Shown: piece after piece, positions 8,785 through 16,163 of the stretch
Layout of the letters: each line of letters begins with the position of its first letter
How positions within the stretch are numbered: the stretch's first letter is position 1
Assembly: GCA_004377185.1 (NCBI GenBank)
Contig: SOIM01000020.1
Location: 70,931-94,930 of the forward strand
Length of the DNA: 24,000 bases
Source: Methanomassiliicoccales archaeon
Lineage (GTDB): Archaea; Thermoplasmatota; Thermoplasmata; RBG-16-68-12; SOIM01
Direction of reading: 5' to 3'
Notes under the pieces: model-generated
The model's database searches: none
The model's input: only the letters and a program-made list of their open reading frames with translations
Told to the model about the DNA's origin: nothing
Position numbers and translations under genes: made by a program

Positions 8785-9372
8785 ATGGCAACTTTGACCT
8801 CTTTGTGGTTTCAGAATTCCTATCGAATAAGGAAGAAGGTTCTGACCATATGGAATAAGTACTGGATCGAGGACAAAAGGGGAAACAAATTGGGGTTCTC
8901 CAAGCAGAAGATGTTCAGGCTCAAGGAAGACATACGCATCTACACGGACGAGAGCATGAGCAATGAGCTGTTCAGGATCAAGCAGAAGCAAATATTGGAC
9001 TTGTGGGGCTCCTTTGCGGTCACCGACACCCAGAGCGGTCAAGTGCTCGGGACTATCAAGAGGCGTGCTCTCTCCTCGGCGTTCGTAAGAGATGAGTGGG
9101 AAGTCTATGATGCGAACAACCAGCTCGTTGGTGGATTGTATGAGTCCACAAGACGAGGATTGGCCCGAAAATACATACCTGGAGGCAAACTGATACCCGA
9201 GAAAATGACGTTCTCATTACATGGCCAACCTATTGCGAAGATCAACCAGAAGTTCAAGATAATTGGCGATATCTGGGAGCTGAAGTGCACCAACGTGCCA
9301 CAGTACTTCGACCGACGTGTGTTGCTGGCATGCATGTTGTTGATGGGAATGATCGAGCGCAGCCGCAAGTGA
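8785..9372 (+). CDS. LURP-one/scramblase-like domain protein, tandem paralog without zinc ribbon
   Basis: SYRIRKKVLTIWNKYWIEDKRGNKLGFSKQKMFRLKEDIRIYTDESMSNELFRIKQKQILDLWGSFAV..., nearly colinear with the upstream gene. The start could be 8761. Confidence 0.75.
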   Translation: MATLTSLWFQNSYRIRKKVLTIWNKYWIEDKRGNKLGFSKQKMFRLKEDIRIYTDESMSNELFRIKQKQILDLWGSFAVTDTQSGQVLGTIKRRALSSAFVRDEWEVYDANNQLVGGLYESTRRGLARKYIPGGKLIPEKMTFSLHGQPIAKINQKFKIIGDIWELKCTNVPQYFDRRVLLACMLLMGMIERSRK

Positions 9373-9450
9373 GGCGGACCAGAAATTCATTATCATTTAG
9401 CATACTCTTACAGTCAAGTTATTAATAGGTCAGCCTAGGTGTTTTCTTGA

Positions 9451-10248
9451 ATGGCTGAAACTGTAAAGCCAGGTGACTTGGACGAGGACAAGTACGAGAG
9501 GTCCAAGAGATTGGAATGGTTTGATTTGGATAAGATCCAGAGAACGAGGGTGTTGGTTGTTGGAGGGGGTGCGATTGGGAATGAGACCGTCAAGAACCTG
9601 ATACTGGCTGGTTTTAGAAAGATCACCTTGGTGGATATGGACCGTGTTGTTCGCTCCAACCTGAATAGATGTATTTTCTTTGATGAGGAGGACGCAGAAA
9701 GACGAAGGTTGAAAGTAGAGGCAATTGTTGAGAAAGCACGGAAGCTGGACAAGGAAGTGGATATCGACTACAGGACCGAGATGATTCAAAAGCTGCCGGA
9801 GGATTTCATTCCTTCCTACGACTTGGTCTTGGGTTGCCTGGACAATGTGGCTGCGAGGCTACACCTCAATGCTCACTGCTACAGGCACGGGATTCCTTAC
9901 GTCGATGCCGCCACGCAAGGGTTTGTGGGAAAAGTCCAGGTGGTGCTTCCTAAAGAGACCCCATGCTTGGAGTGTGGGATGAACAAGACCCATGTGAAGA
10001 TAATGGAGGAGAGGTTCAGTTGCACCGGTGAGGACGTGACTTTCCATGTTCCGAAGATGGCTGCTGAGATAACCACCACAAGCGTCGTTTCAGCCATACA
10101 AACGAGGGAGTCCATCAAATTGGTGCTAGGGATGGAGAAGGAGTTGATACGGAACGTTTTCTACTATGATGGGATGAGAAATGTGTCGGAGATTTTGGAA
10201 CTGGACAGGAATCCTGAATGTGCACATCATCCAGTTTCTGAGAAGTAA
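9451..10248 (+). CDS. Ubiquitin-activating enzyme E1-like (ThiF/MoeB/UBA3 superfamily)
   Basis: VLVVGGGAIGNETVKNL (nucleotide binding), VDMDRVVRSNLNRC, LGCLDNVAARLHLN, VDAATQGFVGKVQVVLPKETPCLECGM...RFSCTGE. Candidate catalytic Cys191 (codon 10021-10023) is in the UBA3-like position. Confidence 0.92.
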   Translation: MAETVKPGDLDEDKYERSKRLEWFDLDKIQRTRVLVVGGGAIGNETVKNLILAGFRKITLVDMDRVVRSNLNRCIFFDEEDAERRRLKVEAIVEKARKLDKEVDIDYRTEMIQKLPEDFIPSYDLVLGCLDNVAARLHLNAHCYRHGIPYVDAATQGFVGKVQVVLPKETPCLECGMNKTHVKIMEERFSCTGEDVTFHVPKMAAEITTTSVVSAIQTRESIKLVLGMEKELIRNVFYYDGMRNVSEILELDRNPECAHHPVSEK

Positions 10249-10253
10249 TTCTC

Positions 10254-11081
10254 TTACAACAGGCCAGCGTTCTTCAGACCGTCCAGAACCAAGAACGTTT
10301 GAGTCTCCGGCTCTTTCTTGCCCCAACTTCCGTCTTTGTTCTGCCTTCTGATGATTGATGGGAGAGTTCTCTCCAATTGCTTCTTCGCGGCGGTTTGCTT
10401 CGCCCTGGATAGCGCATGGAACGTGTGGTAGAAGGGGAATCCTTTCCATGATCCAGTCTTTGTCTGAATATCTGCGAGATACTTGATTCCGTTCCTGACC
10501 CGCTTGGTGTTCATGCTCTTTGGATGTTCTATCAGCATGCGCAGAACGTTGATTGTGCACCATGAACCACACCAGTCTGGAGTCCAGAACTTGAGGTAAG
10601 AGTCAACTGTCTTCTGAACCTGTTTCCTTTTGTCAAGGCCGTACATGTGGAACAGGTGAACTGCATAAGGTGTCGTGTAGAATATCGTGCAGCCAGGTCC
10701 GAATTCTCCGTAATGGGTCGAGCGCATTGTGCTGGATTCCTTTCTATTGCCGGAGTGGAAGAAGCCAGGGTAGCCTCTGTATTCGTATTTCTGGGTAGAG
10801 AATAGCCAGTCCAGACCTTTCTTGACGTTCCTGTCCTTTGCATCGTAGCCCAGGAGGGCAAGGTTCCAGAGATTGTTTGCTGTGCTGACAAACAGATTGT
10901 CCCAACTGCCGTCTTTTGATTGGCGGGAAACGATTCTGCTGTAGAGTTTCTTCCTCAGGGCACCTTCAGACTTCGTTTTCTCATCAAACACAGATTGCCG
11001 GAGGTAGAAACCAATAGGTGACTTCAAATCGCCTGCATAATTCAGTGGGTCAACTCTCAGTTCTCTAGCGATGTCTTTCAT
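10254..11081 (-). CDS. Prenyltransferase/squalene-cyclase repeat (alpha/alpha-toroid) protein
   Basis: 275 aa with repeated QW-like motifs: QSKDGSWDN, QTKTGSWKG, QNKDGSWGK. Confidence 0.7.
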   Translation of the reverse strand: MKDIARELRVDPLNYAGDLKSPIGFYLRQSVFDEKTKSEGALRKKLYSRIVSRQSKDGSWDNLFVSTANNLWNLALLGYDAKDRNVKKGLDWLFSTQKYEYRGYPGFFHSGNRKESSTMRSTHYGEFGPGCTIFYTTPYAVHLFHMYGLDKRKQVQKTVDSYLKFWTPDWCGSWCTINVLRMLIEHPKSMNTKRVRNGIKYLADIQTKTGSWKGFPFYHTFHALSRAKQTAAKKQLERTLPSIIRRQNKDGSWGKKEPETQTFLVLDGLKNAGLL

Positions 11082-11215
11082 AGTAGGTCACGAATGGTAA
11101 TGGTCTGCGTTTTGCATAATGCTTTCTGCTGACTCTTGAGTTATGTCAGATTCACTTCCGATACCCAGAACGAAACCGTTTTATCTTCCACTCAGATATT
11201 CCCTCACCGAGGGAT

Positions 11216-11458
11216 ATGACAACCAGAATCAAAGTCAAGAACGCGGAGACAGGGGCATCTGTGGACATGGACTTGGAACAGGACAACACCGTCGAGGAGA
11301 TCATAGAGAGTGCCGCATCGTACTGGGAAAAGCCTCCAGGCGCTTACGTAATCAGAAAAGGTAAACAGGTTCTCAGAGGCCAGGCAACCATTTCAGATTC
11401 CGGAATCATGCAAGATGATGTCCTAGAATTGATCCCCGACCCAGAAGGCGGTCATTAG
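11216..11458 (+). CDS. Ubiquitin-like beta-grasp protein with C-terminal Gly-Gly-His
   Basis: 80 aa MTTRIKVKNAETGASVDMDLEQDNTVEEIIESAASYWEKPPGAYVIRKGKQVLRGQATISDSGIMQDDVLELIPDPEGGH. Beta-grasp pattern with ..G..L.....I...GI..DDVLEL. and terminal GG, next to E2 and JAMM genes. Confidence 0.88.
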   Translation: MTTRIKVKNAETGASVDMDLEQDNTVEEIIESAASYWEKPPGAYVIRKGKQVLRGQATISDSGIMQDDVLELIPDPEGGH

Positions 11459-11472
11459 TCAAAGGAGATTCA

Positions 11473-11988
11473 ATGCCCCTGCCCAAGGATGTGCTTAGAG
11501 ACAGAGTACATAATGAGATCCTGATGTGCCAGCGTCAGTTGCACCACTTGATAGAAGTCTCAGACCCAAACTTCAATGAATTCCCTGTCGAGGTGAACCT
11601 GACTCTCACAAAAACCCCCGGCCCGATAATGCTGGACGGAAAGATATCCCACCTCTTCAACCACAAACTGAAGATGATAATCACCGAGGACTATCCCTAC
11701 GAGAAACCGATCGTAAAATGGCAGACCGAGATATTCCATCCAAACATTATGCTTCCAGATGATGGTGGGTATGTCTGTACCAAACTCCTGGACGACTGGA
11801 GCTTCTCCTCGAACCTCCTCACCTTCATAAAAGGTCTGGAATCCCTTCTCGTCAATCCCAATCCCAAGAACCCGTACGGAAGCGATTCCTGCACCAGGGC
11901 CGCGGAATACTTCAACACTCACGAATACAAGTCGCCTGTGGTCATCAAAAAGAAGGACCCTCCAAAGATCGTCGGGGTAATCCAATGA
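11473..11988 (+). CDS. Ubiquitin-conjugating enzyme E2-like (UBC fold)
   Basis: 171 aa; ITEDYPYEKPIVKWQTEIFHPNIMLPDDGGYVCTKLLDDWSFSSNLLTFIKGLESLLVNPNPKNPYGSDSCTRAAEYF aligns with E2 ..FxxxYPxxPPxxxFxTxxxHPNI...GxICL..L...W.....l..vl..i.sLL..PNP.dP. HPN at 89-91, catalytic Cys102 (11776-11778). Confidence 0.93.
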   Translation: MPLPKDVLRDRVHNEILMCQRQLHHLIEVSDPNFNEFPVEVNLTLTKTPGPIMLDGKISHLFNHKLKMIITEDYPYEKPIVKWQTEIFHPNIMLPDDGGYVCTKLLDDWSFSSNLLTFIKGLESLLVNPNPKNPYGSDSCTRAAEYFNTHEYKSPVVIKKKDPPKIVGVIQ

Positions 11989-12635
11989 GTGCACCAAAAG
12001 TTGTCAGTGAGACGAAGAAGGAGATAGAAGAGAAGTCCCCTCCGTCAATCATAAACATTCGCCAGCACTACTGGCTGACGGCCGAGAGCAAGGAGCTGTA
12101 CAAGGGAGTAGTCCTCTCTTCCGGAGTGTTTCCCGTATATATCTCAAGAAAGGCGGAGGAAAAGATCAGGAACCACGCGATGGAATACGGGGATGACGGT
12201 ACAGAGGTCATGGGCTTCCTTCTGGGTGAGGTTTTTGAACACAATGGGGTGAGATACGCGGTTGTGAAGGATGTCGCCACCACCAGCTTGGACGCCTCGG
12301 AAGTCTCGGTAAGATTCGACAAGGACAATATGGAACAGCTCTTCAGCCAGATGGACAGTTCGGGCTTTGACTACATGATCGTGGGATGGTACCACTCCCA
12401 CCCAGGTCATTCCTGCTTCATGTCCCCAACGGATATGCGGACTCAGAGGGCGATGTTTCAAGAAGACTACCACTCCGCGATCGTCGTCGATCCTTTGAAA
12501 ATGGAGATTGAAGCTTACGGACTGGATGGAAACGATTACAAACCCATTCCATTCGCCGTTTTCTGGGAAGAGTTCGAAGACCCGTATGGAAAGAAAACCA
12601 AGAAGAAAAAGATGAAGAAGCTAAACCCAGATTGA
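11985..12635 (+). CDS. Rpn11/JAB1-like JAMM (MPN+) isopeptidase
   Basis: 216 aa; GTEVMGFLLG (E74) ...GWYHSHPGHSCFMSPTDMRTQ (H137xH139x10D150). ATG overlaps the E2 TGA stop (ATGA). Confidence 0.94.
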   Translation: MSAPKVVSETKKEIEEKSPPSIINIRQHYWLTAESKELYKGVVLSSGVFPVYISRKAEEKIRNHAMEYGDDGTEVMGFLLGEVFEHNGVRYAVVKDVATTSLDASEVSVRFDKDNMEQLFSQMDSSGFDYMIVGWYHSHPGHSCFMSPTDMRTQRAMFQEDYHSAIVVDPLKMEIEAYGLDGNDYKPIPFAVFWEEFEDPYGKKTKKKKMKKLNPD

Positions 12636-12644
12636 GTGTCGCGA
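12612..12644 (+). repeat. Left copy of direct repeat at the 3' end of the JAMM gene
   Basis: ATGAAGAAGCTAAACCCAGATTGAGTGtCGCGA; 27 nt exact, then 1 mismatch, then 5 matches with 16261-16293. Confidence 0.9.
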
Positions 12645-13037
12645 TTCTCACTCCCAAAATCTTCTCTCACCCTTTTTTTTGCGAATCCCTAACCAATTCT
12701 GGTGCTGGGGTGTTGGAAGTGCTTTTGATATGTGCACGCTTTGTCTCACGGATAAGAGGTGAGGATAGTCTCTTCTCGATACGTGGAGAATCTCAAATCG
12801 CTAGTTCAGTCTTAAGCAGTCCCCAATAGGTGTGAAGCTGAACGAATCTCAAAAACACCAACGGCTTCGCCTTCTCATCCGCAAGTGTAGGACGAAGGAT
12901 GGTTTCGAGAGCTACTCAGCCATAAATCTCACAAACTACTTCGAAAGTTTTATGTGATAGCAGGTCATATTAGTTATTGCGTTGGTAGTAACCAACAAAA
13001 AGAGGGGATGTGGCGAGTCGCCTCTTACCCTCTGCTT

Positions 13038-13787
13038 CTATGGAAAAATCTTCAAGCCAGGACCCATATACTCTCCTTCATCATTTTTGTTGAACCTGTC
13101 AACAATCCTCTCAAAGAAAATATCGAAGTATTCGTCCCTCCATGTGTTTGAGGGTCTGAGTTTCCTTCGAACGCAATAAGCAACACAGTCGGCCAATTGA
13201 GAGAGGTTCCGGAAATGGGATTCAACAAAGAGAATGTCCTCAATCAGGAATTCGGTTCTCCCAGTAAACATCGTTCCTTCACGGAAGTACTCTGTCATTT
13301 TCTTCCGAACCTTGAGATCAAATGCCGGCTGCACTCTTTCAACCAACATAAGTCCAAATTCCCTTGGTCTTGATGTTCCCTCAGCTTCTCTGTTAACTCT
13401 CTTCAGGAACATATTCAAGCGTTCGTAAAGGAGGCGCAGTGCCCAACTCTCGATATCGAAATCCTTTTTTCTTATCTTGTTCTTGACTATGACGACACTG
13501 ACGATGCTCATCGTGGATTCTTCGATTAACTGGTAGATGTCTCCCAGCAATTCAAAGCACTTCGGCAGTTTCAAGCCACAGAACTCCTTGCTTGAATGGA
13601 CAATGTCCTTCGCGTGTAGTTCTACTTGGTCAGGATCCGTATCTGGGAACCACTTCTTCTTCAAGTCTAAGACCTTCTCATTGACCTCATACCACTCACC
13701 CTCATTGACAATCAGCGAAGACAGTACGAAGTTCTCTTTATCGCCGAAGTGCGGTTTCCCCGACTCATCCACATAGATTATGTACAT
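13038..13787 (-). CDS. DUF3800 family protein
   Basis: MYIIYVDESGKPHFGDKENFVLSSLIV...LVERVQPAFDLKVRKKM..IEDILFVESHFRNLSQLADCVAYCVRRKL; N-terminal YVDESG and C-terminal QLADxxAY are hallmarks of DUF3800. Confidence 0.85.
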   Translation of the reverse strand: MYIIYVDESGKPHFGDKENFVLSSLIVNEGEWYEVNEKVLDLKKKWFPDTDPDQVELHAKDIVHSSKEFCGLKLPKCFELLGDIYQLIEESTMSIVSVVIVKNKIRKKDFDIESWALRLLYERLNMFLKRVNREAEGTSRPREFGLMLVERVQPAFDLKVRKKMTEYFREGTMFTGRTEFLIEDILFVESHFRNLSQLADCVAYCVRRKLRPSNTWRDEYFDIFFERIVDRFNKNDEGEYMGPGLKIFP

Positions 13788-14092
13788 TTCAGAGGAACAT
13801 CAGACAATAGATATTTCTATCCTCCCTTGCCGAGAAACTTTCTAGGTGAAGATCAATCTCCAGGACATCTTTCCGTTTCTGTTTGCTGGACATCTGTGAA
13901 CCGCCCTGATTTGGAGACGGCGATCTATGTCGGGGAATCGGAGCCCTCACTGGGTAGCCACATAGAGATGCAACCCTGTGGTTCCGCGCGTGCCATCTGC
14001 TTCCTCCGATTGACCATTTTGCCAATGCTTGATAATGTCTCTGCTCTTTTCAGAGAGAGACTTATCATGTTTTCTTTCTTATTGGAGTTTAG

Positions 14093-15340
14093 TCACTGAT
14101 CTCTCTTCATTACTCTTGCTAAGGTACGTTCCATGCGTTCAAAGATCTCGTTCACCTCCTCTTGCGTGAGGGTCCCCTTTTTTCCCCATTCTTCAACAAG
14201 TCTCTTTGATATCTCTTTCCGCACACTTCTTTCTTTGGGGTCTGGAACATTCCTCTCCAATATCTCATCTGTAATGAGTTCTAACACATGGAGATTTGTG
14301 GCATACCATTGTTGATACAACACCTGGGCAACATCTGTAACATAATCTTCTCCAAATGGTCTGTCAAGGACACCTTTGGGGAGAGCCATAGCGGGATTGT
14401 CTGGCCACCTCGCCCAGACAAAGTGTGGGTTGAACTGGGTCCATAATAGCTCAAGGAACTCTCGAAACTGCTCAAGGAGATCTTGACTGACGCCGAACTT
14501 CCCAAATACCGTGAATATACTCTTCTCTCTCTTCTTCCCTAACTCTCCCTTGATGAATCTGTTAAGGAGTGAACACACCTTGATGGTCTTCTGGTCTAGA
14601 TAATTCTCTAGATTCTCTATCAGCCATTGGGCGAACTGGCTCTCACTCCTTTTGGACTCTTTAACCCTTGCGGGGTCAGTTGTAGCAAGTGCATACGACC
14701 AATAGGCTAACGGATCAGTCACCCTTCCAGCGGATTCGATGAGAACGACAAAATAGTCCCTGAGTTTCTTGGGTAGCTGTGTCTTCTCTATCTCTTCGAC
14801 CAGATAATCCTTCACCATCTCCAGGGGCATGACAAGAAACCGGTATAGATTCTCCAACTCCCTGCATGCGATCTGCCGTCGTTCCTTGACCTGATTCTCC
14901 CAGCCCTCTGGCATTTTCACGACATGGGGTATTCCATAGACAGTAAGTGATGCTGACCACAACTTGGAAAGAGCATCTGATTGTGCCATCTTCATGACTG
15001 TTTCCATGTCCTCTGCCACCACTGGCCAACAGTGGTCTATATCAGTCCTCCTGAGTGATTCGGTCTGCCCATCCCGTAGTCTTTCTCCCCGTTGCTCCTT
15101 CGTAACATAGTATATGCACTCTTTCCCATTTACCTTCCTTCTCTGGACCGCGCCTATATCACACAGTTTGCTAAGATACTTGTACAGAGCCTTGGCCTTC
15201 TCTTTGTTGTAACCAAATTCTTTCCTTATCTGACGTTGTGTGATTCCCTCCCATCTTTCCTCAATGATTCCAAGGATGCGGTCATACGGCTCTCTCTCCT
15301 TGATGTCCTCTATGTCTTTTATATAACTACCTCGCGACAT
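14093..15340 (-). CDS. Uncharacterised 415-aa protein with N-terminal HTH
   Basis: ITQRQIRKEFGYNKEKAKALYKYLSKLCDIGAVQRRKVNGKECIYYVT resembles a winged HTH; the rest is predicted helical with no recognised family. Confidence 0.7.
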   Translation of the reverse strand: MSRGSYIKDIEDIKEREPYDRILGIIEERWEGITQRQIRKEFGYNKEKAKALYKYLSKLCDIGAVQRRKVNGKECIYYVTKEQRGERLRDGQTESLRRTDIDHCWPVVAEDMETVMKMAQSDALSKLWSASLTVYGIPHVVKMPEGWENQVKERRQIACRELENLYRFLVMPLEMVKDYLVEEIEKTQLPKKLRDYFVVLIESAGRVTDPLAYWSYALATTDPARVKESKRSESQFAQWLIENLENYLDQKTIKVCSLLNRFIKGELGKKREKSIFTVFGKFGVSQDLLEQFREFLELLWTQFNPHFVWARWPDNPAMALPKGVLDRPFGEDYVTDVAQVLYQQWYATNLHVLELITDEILERNVPDPKERSVRKEISKRLVEEWGKKGTLTQEEVNEIFERMERTLARVMKRDQ

Positions 15341-15403
15341 ATTTGACGCCTCTTTTCCGCTTAGGGGACTTGAATGTCCATTTCGGGTATCCTATATCTC
15401 CCT

Positions 15404-15412
15404 ATTTATATA
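15404..15412 (+). promoter_or_regulatory. TATA box for a probably leaderless AbrB-like mRNA
   Basis: TTTATATAA about 25 nt upstream of ATG 15437. Confidence 0.6.
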
Positions 15413-15436
15413 AGGGGTTGTATTTTCTTTTATAGT

Positions 15437-15628
15437 ATGTTGGAAGGTTGTGTTCCGATTGGAAAGGGAAGAATTCAGTCAATTGGTGGGTCGCTATGCT
15501 CACTTGTGCCAGCCGTTTATCGGAAGTTTGTCAGGCTGGAGAAGGGCGATACCGTGGATTTGTTCTTTGAGGGTAATAACAAATTGATAATCAAGCCAGC
15601 GAAAGATGATGGGGAGGGAGCAGACTGA
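15437..15628 (+). CDS. AbrB/SpoVT-like (swapped-hairpin) protein
   Basis: MLEGCVPIGKGRIQSIGGSLCSLVPAVYRKFVRLEKGDTVDLFFEGNNKLIIKPAKDDGEGAD; matches the AbrB pattern (..GSL.v.iP......lgL..GD.V.l.......i.i.p). Confidence 0.75.
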   Translation: MLEGCVPIGKGRIQSIGGSLCSLVPAVYRKFVRLEKGDTVDLFFEGNNKLIIKPAKDDGEGAD

Positions 15629-15930
15629 AAAAGATAGCCTGCATAAGCGTCTTCCTCCTGCTCATAACGATGATCCTTCTCCCCCGCTATTTTTTCGGAC
15701 CCAAAGTAGTCGCACAAAAGAAGGAGACAACTTATCCCGGTTCTATTTCAGTGACATACGGAACCGCAACTGGCATCCTTCATTATGTAGTAGGTCAGGA
15801 TGGAGTCAGTTATCAGGTCGCGGAGGAAGATACGAACTCTGGGAGTATCCTCTGGAATGACACAATAAACACACAGATCTTTGAGGAATGCTTGAGCAGG
15901 GCAAAGCTGGCAACGGAGGTTGCAACTTGA
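15625..15930 (+). CDS. Small secreted/membrane-anchored protein; start uncertain (CTG 15625 or ATG 15670)
   Basis: From 15625 in frame: LKKIACISVFLLLITMILLPRYFFGPKVVAQKKE..., a signal/TM segment. Overlaps the AbrB-like stop. Confidence 0.45.
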   Translation: MKKIACISVFLLLITMILLPRYFFGPKVVAQKKETTYPGSISVTYGTATGILHYVVGQDGVSYQVAEEDTNSGSILWNDTINTQIFEECLSRAKLATEVAT

Positions 15931-16163
15931 ACGGTGTCTTTGGAAGTGAGGGGATTCCCCCACCGTCTAGCACTGTCTTTGGCCGAAAGCTTCACCCTAT
16001 TCATGCGCTATTATTTGCTGCATTCGTTCTGATTCTGTTGACTGTCCTCTTTGTCTTCATCCTGATAGTCACAGGTGAAATGAGCCAAGTTGTATTGACT
16101 CTTATAACGGATGTCGTTGCGCTTGTTATTGGTGCTCTGTTCGGATCGAAACTTGTCGAGTAA
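15888..16163 (+). CDS. Small predicted membrane protein
   Basis: HPIHALLFAAFVLILLTVLFVFILIVTGEMSQVVLTLITDVVALVIGALFGSKLVE contains two hydrophobic spans; the N-terminus is uncertain. Confidence 0.4.
   Translation: MLEQGKAGNGGCNLNGVFGSEGIPPPSSTVFGRKLHPIHALLFAAFVLILLTVLFVFILIVTGEMSQVVLTLITDVVALVIGALFGSKLVE

Noticed and set aside
9373-9450. Gap between second LURP-like gene and E1 as proof of a shared operon
   Set aside because: A 78-bp AT-rich spacer with a TTATTAATA element could be an independent E1 promoter, so co-transcription with the LURP-like genes is not established.
12418-12829. ORFs 12418..12657 (-) and 12632..12829 (+)
   Set aside because: The first is antisense to the JAMM gene; the second lies in the island margin with low-complexity sequence and no plausible protein features.
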